Assembly (NCBI GenBank): GCA_051532055.1
Contig: JAOPTX010000037.1
Location: forward strand, 67,180-131,179
Direction: 5' to 3'
DNA: 64,000 nucleotides
Source of the DNA: Fibrobacterales bacterium
GTDB lineage: Bacteria > Fibrobacterota > Fibrobacteria > Fibrobacterales > JAOPTW01
Shown here: positions 61,901 through 64,000 of the stretch, piece after piece
Layout of the letters: each line of letters opens with the position of its first letter
Position numbering within the stretch: position 1 is the first letter of the stretch
Notes under the pieces: model-generated
What the model saw: only the letters and a program-made list of their open reading frames with translations
Told to the model about the DNA's origin: nothing
Database searches by the model: none
Position numbers and translations under genes: made by a program

Positions 61901-63998
61901 GAGCTGAAAGATACACTAAGCTATCAGGCACTATCTGAGGAATACCAAAGGTTAGTGTTTGAGCTATCTCATTGGGTCTTCCTTCATGAATAGATTTAAG
62001 GGGTATTCTCTGAACTCCAGCGTCTTCTACAATATCTATCAGACGCAGTTCAGGCTCAAAATATGGCTGATCATTTACGGCTTCAACGGTCACCTGCATT
62101 AGATAAGTTGCTTTGAGGCCTTCCTCATCAATCACTTCAACAGGAACTACCAAATTTCCATTATAGTCTGCTTGTGGTACAACCGTATCACCATGCAATT
62201 GATATGGTTGCCCTGGATTAGTTTTAATTACAAGAGACAGTTTACCATTCGGAGTCTCTTTATCTGAAACAAATAGTGAGTCTAAAGTTAGTTCAACCTT
62301 TTGATCTTCCCATACAGAAACCACCTTTTGACCGGTAATAACAGGAGCATCATTTTGTGGATCAATTTTAACCGTAATAACATGCACAACAGAATCAACA
62401 CCGTTTCGAGCAATTCCCGCACTATCTCTCAATAGAATTCTCCAGGTGTCTTCTCCCGAACTATCTGCAGCGACTGTAAAGGTAATGGTAGCACTCGTGT
62501 CATTATAATTATAGTGCACTTCAGAAGTATCTGCATACCAATCATTATCTTTACTTCGTGTTATAGTAAAACCTGATTTTTGAGTAAGTTCATTAAGGAC
62601 AGGCCCTTCAAAAATATCTGTAATATCAATCGTATATTGACCACCATCCTCTATACCTACAAAATCAGATACTGTAAATCGTGGTGCATCATTTACAGGA
62701 CGGACCGTGACCGGTATTTGTTTTGTATCAGAGCCACCGGCGCCATCGTACACAGTTACTATTACATTCAAGTTTCCATTAAAATCAGCCGAAGGACTCA
62801 ACAGAGTACCATTAACAGTATAATTAGTGCCACTCGTCAATGAGAGGGTAATATCCGAGTCATCATTATCAATATCTACGATAGTAACCATAGCTTTGGT
62901 GATAGAAATGGTACTATCTTCGTCGACATAAATTGGTCCTGCTACAGAAAGAATAGGATCATCATTTACCGCATCAATAGTTAGAGTAACATCAAAAGTC
63001 ACACTATCTATTCCGCTATGCTGTACACCACCATCATCTTTTAAGGCGGCATGCCAATTATCTGTACCCGATGAGTCTGGTGCAATTTCATAAATAATCC
63101 AACCCTCTGTTTTTGAATTATTGATTACAATGTATGGCTCAGTAAGATAAAAGTTATCAGGTTTCGCATGCATCACCTCCAGCGAACTAAATATCTGTCC
63201 ATTTTCATCGGTAGGCCCCATCAGTATATTAGTAATGTAGAGTGAATCAACTCCTTTATCTTCGGTACTTCTCTCGATACTTGGCGCAGTTAAAGTCGGT
63301 GCATCATTAACCGCGATCACATCAACGATCAAGTTATACGTATTCGATGATGCACCTGTAGTATCTATAACTACCACAGGTACCGCAAGTACTCCGTTAT
63401 AATTGTTCGTTGGAGTTATCCTATTGCCACTATTTGTATAGTTTGACCCGCCCTGGATTGAAAGCCTAAGGTTTGCTAGGTCATCATCAACATCAGTTAC
63501 TTTAAGCATTGAGATAATTATTTCAACGGCTCCATCTTCTAAGACTGAGATCGGGTCTTGCCCTGTTATAACAGGGGCATCATTCTCAGCTCCAACATTG
63601 AGCTCAATATCTAATATTTTGCTATTTTGACCATTGTCTGCTGTTCCTCCATCATCCATCAAAGTAAGAGTCCAGCGATCTGATCCAGCTCTATTATCAG
63701 GTACATAAAACCTTATGAGCGCAAAAGTATCTCCCTCATTATGTACGACTTCTGGTTTAATAGTATACCACGAGTCACCATTTTGAGTAGTGATTGAAAA
63801 ATCTAGATTTTGAGCTCCTTCATTTTGGGGGCCTTCATAGACATCAGAAATAGTAATAGTGGTTAGCCCTGCATCTTCTCTAATCCCCTGGACCTGAGAA
63901 ATTCTAAACAATGGTGCATCATTTACAGCATCCACTGTTACCGCGAGATCTATAGTATCACTCAATCCACCGAGGTCCGTGATTACAGCCGGTACCGT
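55971..63998 (-). CDS. Giant cadherin-like/tandem-95 repeat surface protein (5' end outside window)
   Basis: About 20 (V)NDxP-delimited repeats with xED motifs, LDFEK cadherin motif, C-terminal sorting-like domain; frame stays open to the window edge. Confidence 0.9.
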   Translation of the reverse strand, partial: TVPAVITDLGGLSDTIDLAVTVDAVNDAPLFRISQVQGIREDAGLTTITISDVYEGPQNEGAQNLDFSITTQNGDSWYTIKPEVVHNEGDTFALIRFYVPDNRAGSDRWTLTLMDDGGTADNGQNSKILDIELNVGAENDAPVITGQDPISVLEDGAVEIIISMLKVTDVDDDLANLRLSIQGGSNYTNSGNRITPTNNYNGVLAVPVVVIDTTGASSNTYNLIVDVIAVNDAPTLTAPSIERSTEDKGVDSLYITNILMGPTDENGQIFSSLEVMHAKPDNFYLTEPYIVINNSKTEGWIIYEIAPDSSGTDNWHAALKDDGGVQHSGIDSVTFDVTLTIDAVNDDPILSVAGPIYVDEDSTISITKAMVTIVDIDNDDSDITLSLTSGTNYTVNGTLLSPSADFNGNLNVIVTVYDGAGGSDTKQIPVTVRPVNDAPRFTVSDFVGIEDGGQYTIDITDIFEGPVLNELTQKSGFTITRSKDNDWYADTSEVHYNYNDTSATITFTVAADSSGEDTWRILLRDSAGIARNGVDSVVHVITVKIDPQNDAPVITGQKVVSVWEDQKVELTLDSLFVSDKETPNGKLSLVIKTNPGQPYQLHGDTVVPQADYNGNLVVPVEVIDEEGLKATYLMQVTVEAVNDQPYFEPELRLIDIVEDAGVQRIPLKSIHEGRPNEIAQTLTFGIPQIVPDSLVYLSAPKIVYTDGDTMGTLEFTVSDNEVGVDTITITLFDNGTTDRGGIDTYTIRIPVYVGGVNDPPVITAVQPDTVLEDSTITLSRAMLTYYDIDTDVSDIKFMILPDANFDIVDDSILTPISDINGDFTLRAVLEDNEKGKAFVDFVLTVTPVNDAPRFTVSNFSGIEDSGLHTINIQDVFEGPLNELSQASGISIIRTKNDNWYDSIPTIEYDYRNNFGTIHFVGAPDSSGVDTLRILLRDSAGVAHNGVDSVVHEIYITLTPINDKPIFNGQDSLVFLEGGSLAVSRADLNITDIDTDLDAITLKLSNGQFYTIANDTIVIPDSDFNGTLIIPSTIDDHGVGGVVSFDLTVVVDSVNDQPTINVIHDKVINEDSVNVSILIDGLDEGGDVYENHQNLDITIKTTRDSSWYVDYPKVAYVQDNGAVTLLFTVAPDSIGLDTITVMVKDNGTTVNGGMDTVSQWFELTVKPVDDAPVITGQHSVSFPEDHAYTIKESDLIYYDIDTDSLDLVLTIRDSVNYSFVGTTIKPDTNFYGILYVPVIIMDTSGLSDEFIMTITVTAVNDSPSFTVEPRFDRLEDSGLHTIEVKNVSRGPLNERDQILDFAVTTTAPADWFTTVAGPSVRYNSDTSMIYIDYELATDTNGTFELYLRLTDSGISNNTFNHTVVVDYKPVNDSPRWNPLSKIDVKEDSPQWDSLFAIDVTPGPANEAAQYPGMTLLPPQGTKDALWYDEYPTFTLNSNGTVSLTFTPKQNITGEDTLYVTLKDAAGTNNGGNDFVTQRLIIEIGGVNDAPVLDSQKVITVLEDGSVTVTKDSIKIFDPDSDLNLITLTLGDSVNYSVINNVVTPDSNYYGTLYVPITLTDDLNSTSQSVITIEVIPVNDAPSFQMNPLYSVVEDTGMINTSFITSINPGPRESDLVWFQITDIDSVLYSTVPSINSSGDLVFETKPHINGRDTIWVRAKDDGYVRTDSLGIDSSAYQQLILEFLSVNDKPVIITIKSFSVLEDDTLVIRKSDITVVDNDSGDDFTIILKDGTHHTVTDSIFIPAANFYHDIWTDIRVTDGVDTSTSYGIVVDVIPVNDAPSFDMDSQYTIGEDAGRISIPWISNISSGPLEADRVDFHLTVSDLSLFDIKPYINRAGELTFKTDTNVTGSVTIDVYAEDNGGLANGGVNRSGTQSMTLRITAYNDLPYLILVDTLYVLEDSSIVIDGDTLVVRDVDSDSSDVTVIVYDTLWHYEYENILDPSTIDYSVIDTNVTYDTTITVTYDTLINVNPIDTIITTHRDTSYEKQIRIPVDTNDYWKRGNTVFPNDDYNGDMYVRLRAFDGIHYSKYYYDQLLYVIPVNDLPVITQDSFTIFENTTGTIQSIPIYDVDDSLFSITVVDTNSSFYITVDGELAVKDGRGLDFEKKRIHSVVVSVDDAKDSIDIIYDTLTISVENIFEKVTLIIDSVMIDSVIYPGEGTKIYTNSDSVFVYYTVDGTEKSDWNVITPTESDTIQSKIIGVDRWHSDETKDMWGADTVFVHWSTVEPNIIVEGIEGPLDTVFTNDTNYIVRAVVTTLDSNFRIKSEIVSFKPDLNEGVLTPVGVDTTDVYGNYGGVPFFIMLDTTAPNVEIITPRDRSELHQYLAIVDWTIEGTSQDTLNLDTINVGYNTISRCDTDRAGNVGCDSTRVYVNFNSVDVVMEVENDMIDGRNPNAPALDRIISNGEFDSEESYIGVSLVDYSRNEEVEIYSGTNGSIEEVHRDIGQIAVSDELSILNYFEFSDSIVASGSVTVDDVTAIDQKYDTYKAALAQDRKKSTNHVGPTLLLELSVPHMGGSNQSDGAARGGLRLVGTRTQGPNGEMIIDEGDMSWVPLHFATIHIEVYIYDPIGQFVDRMKIPVIKIVKPENINDDGKVAVRVAIKPTVEGLINSVGKKYATGVYLLSAEAKLIVYQYKENSYAEDVDSENDAFYNHGDRIGSNSEYILDKWGYIHSDRWLY

Positions 63999-64000
63999 AA

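Noticed and set aside
1425..62843. Numerous 60-150-aa ORFs nested in or antisense to long genes
   Set aside because: Shadow ORFs without recognisable motifs

Overview
64-kb chromosomal window of an AT-rich bacterium, most likely Fibrobacterota. This is inferred from Ser-rich linkers, Fibrobacter-type C-terminal sorting domains on the GH9 and the giant repeat protein, and a TGCAC-N4-GTGCA LexA box. Contents: ABC ATPase (cut by the left edge), multidomain GH9, aroK-aroB fusion, sugar-nucleotide dehydratase, lipase, two MCP/CheW clusters, a Crp/Fnr regulator with a perfect FNR-type box, two paralogous Ser-rich lipoproteins, a putative toxin/immunity pair, a GH16/lipoprotein/beta-barrel/TonB cluster, a CBM32 protein, a GGDEF-EAL protein, a LexA-boxed dnaE2-imuB cassette, sodB, ald, HDOD, a deaminase and a >2.6-kaa cadherin-like repeat protein (cut by the right edge). 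No rRNA, tRNA, CRISPR array, transposase or reverse transcriptase was recognised. The most unusual part is the 1.7-kb non-coding gap at 21.2-22.9 kb. It holds a ~440-nt multi-hairpin element behind a promoter-like motif, then a ~770-bp degenerate array with 21-bp periodicity, directly upstream of the toxin/immunity-like pair. A second unusual non-coding zone (36.5-39.0 kb) has four copies of a 16-bp palindrome, helically phased GTAC repeats and two structured sRNA candidates. All calls were made by eye; no database searches or folding programs were run.
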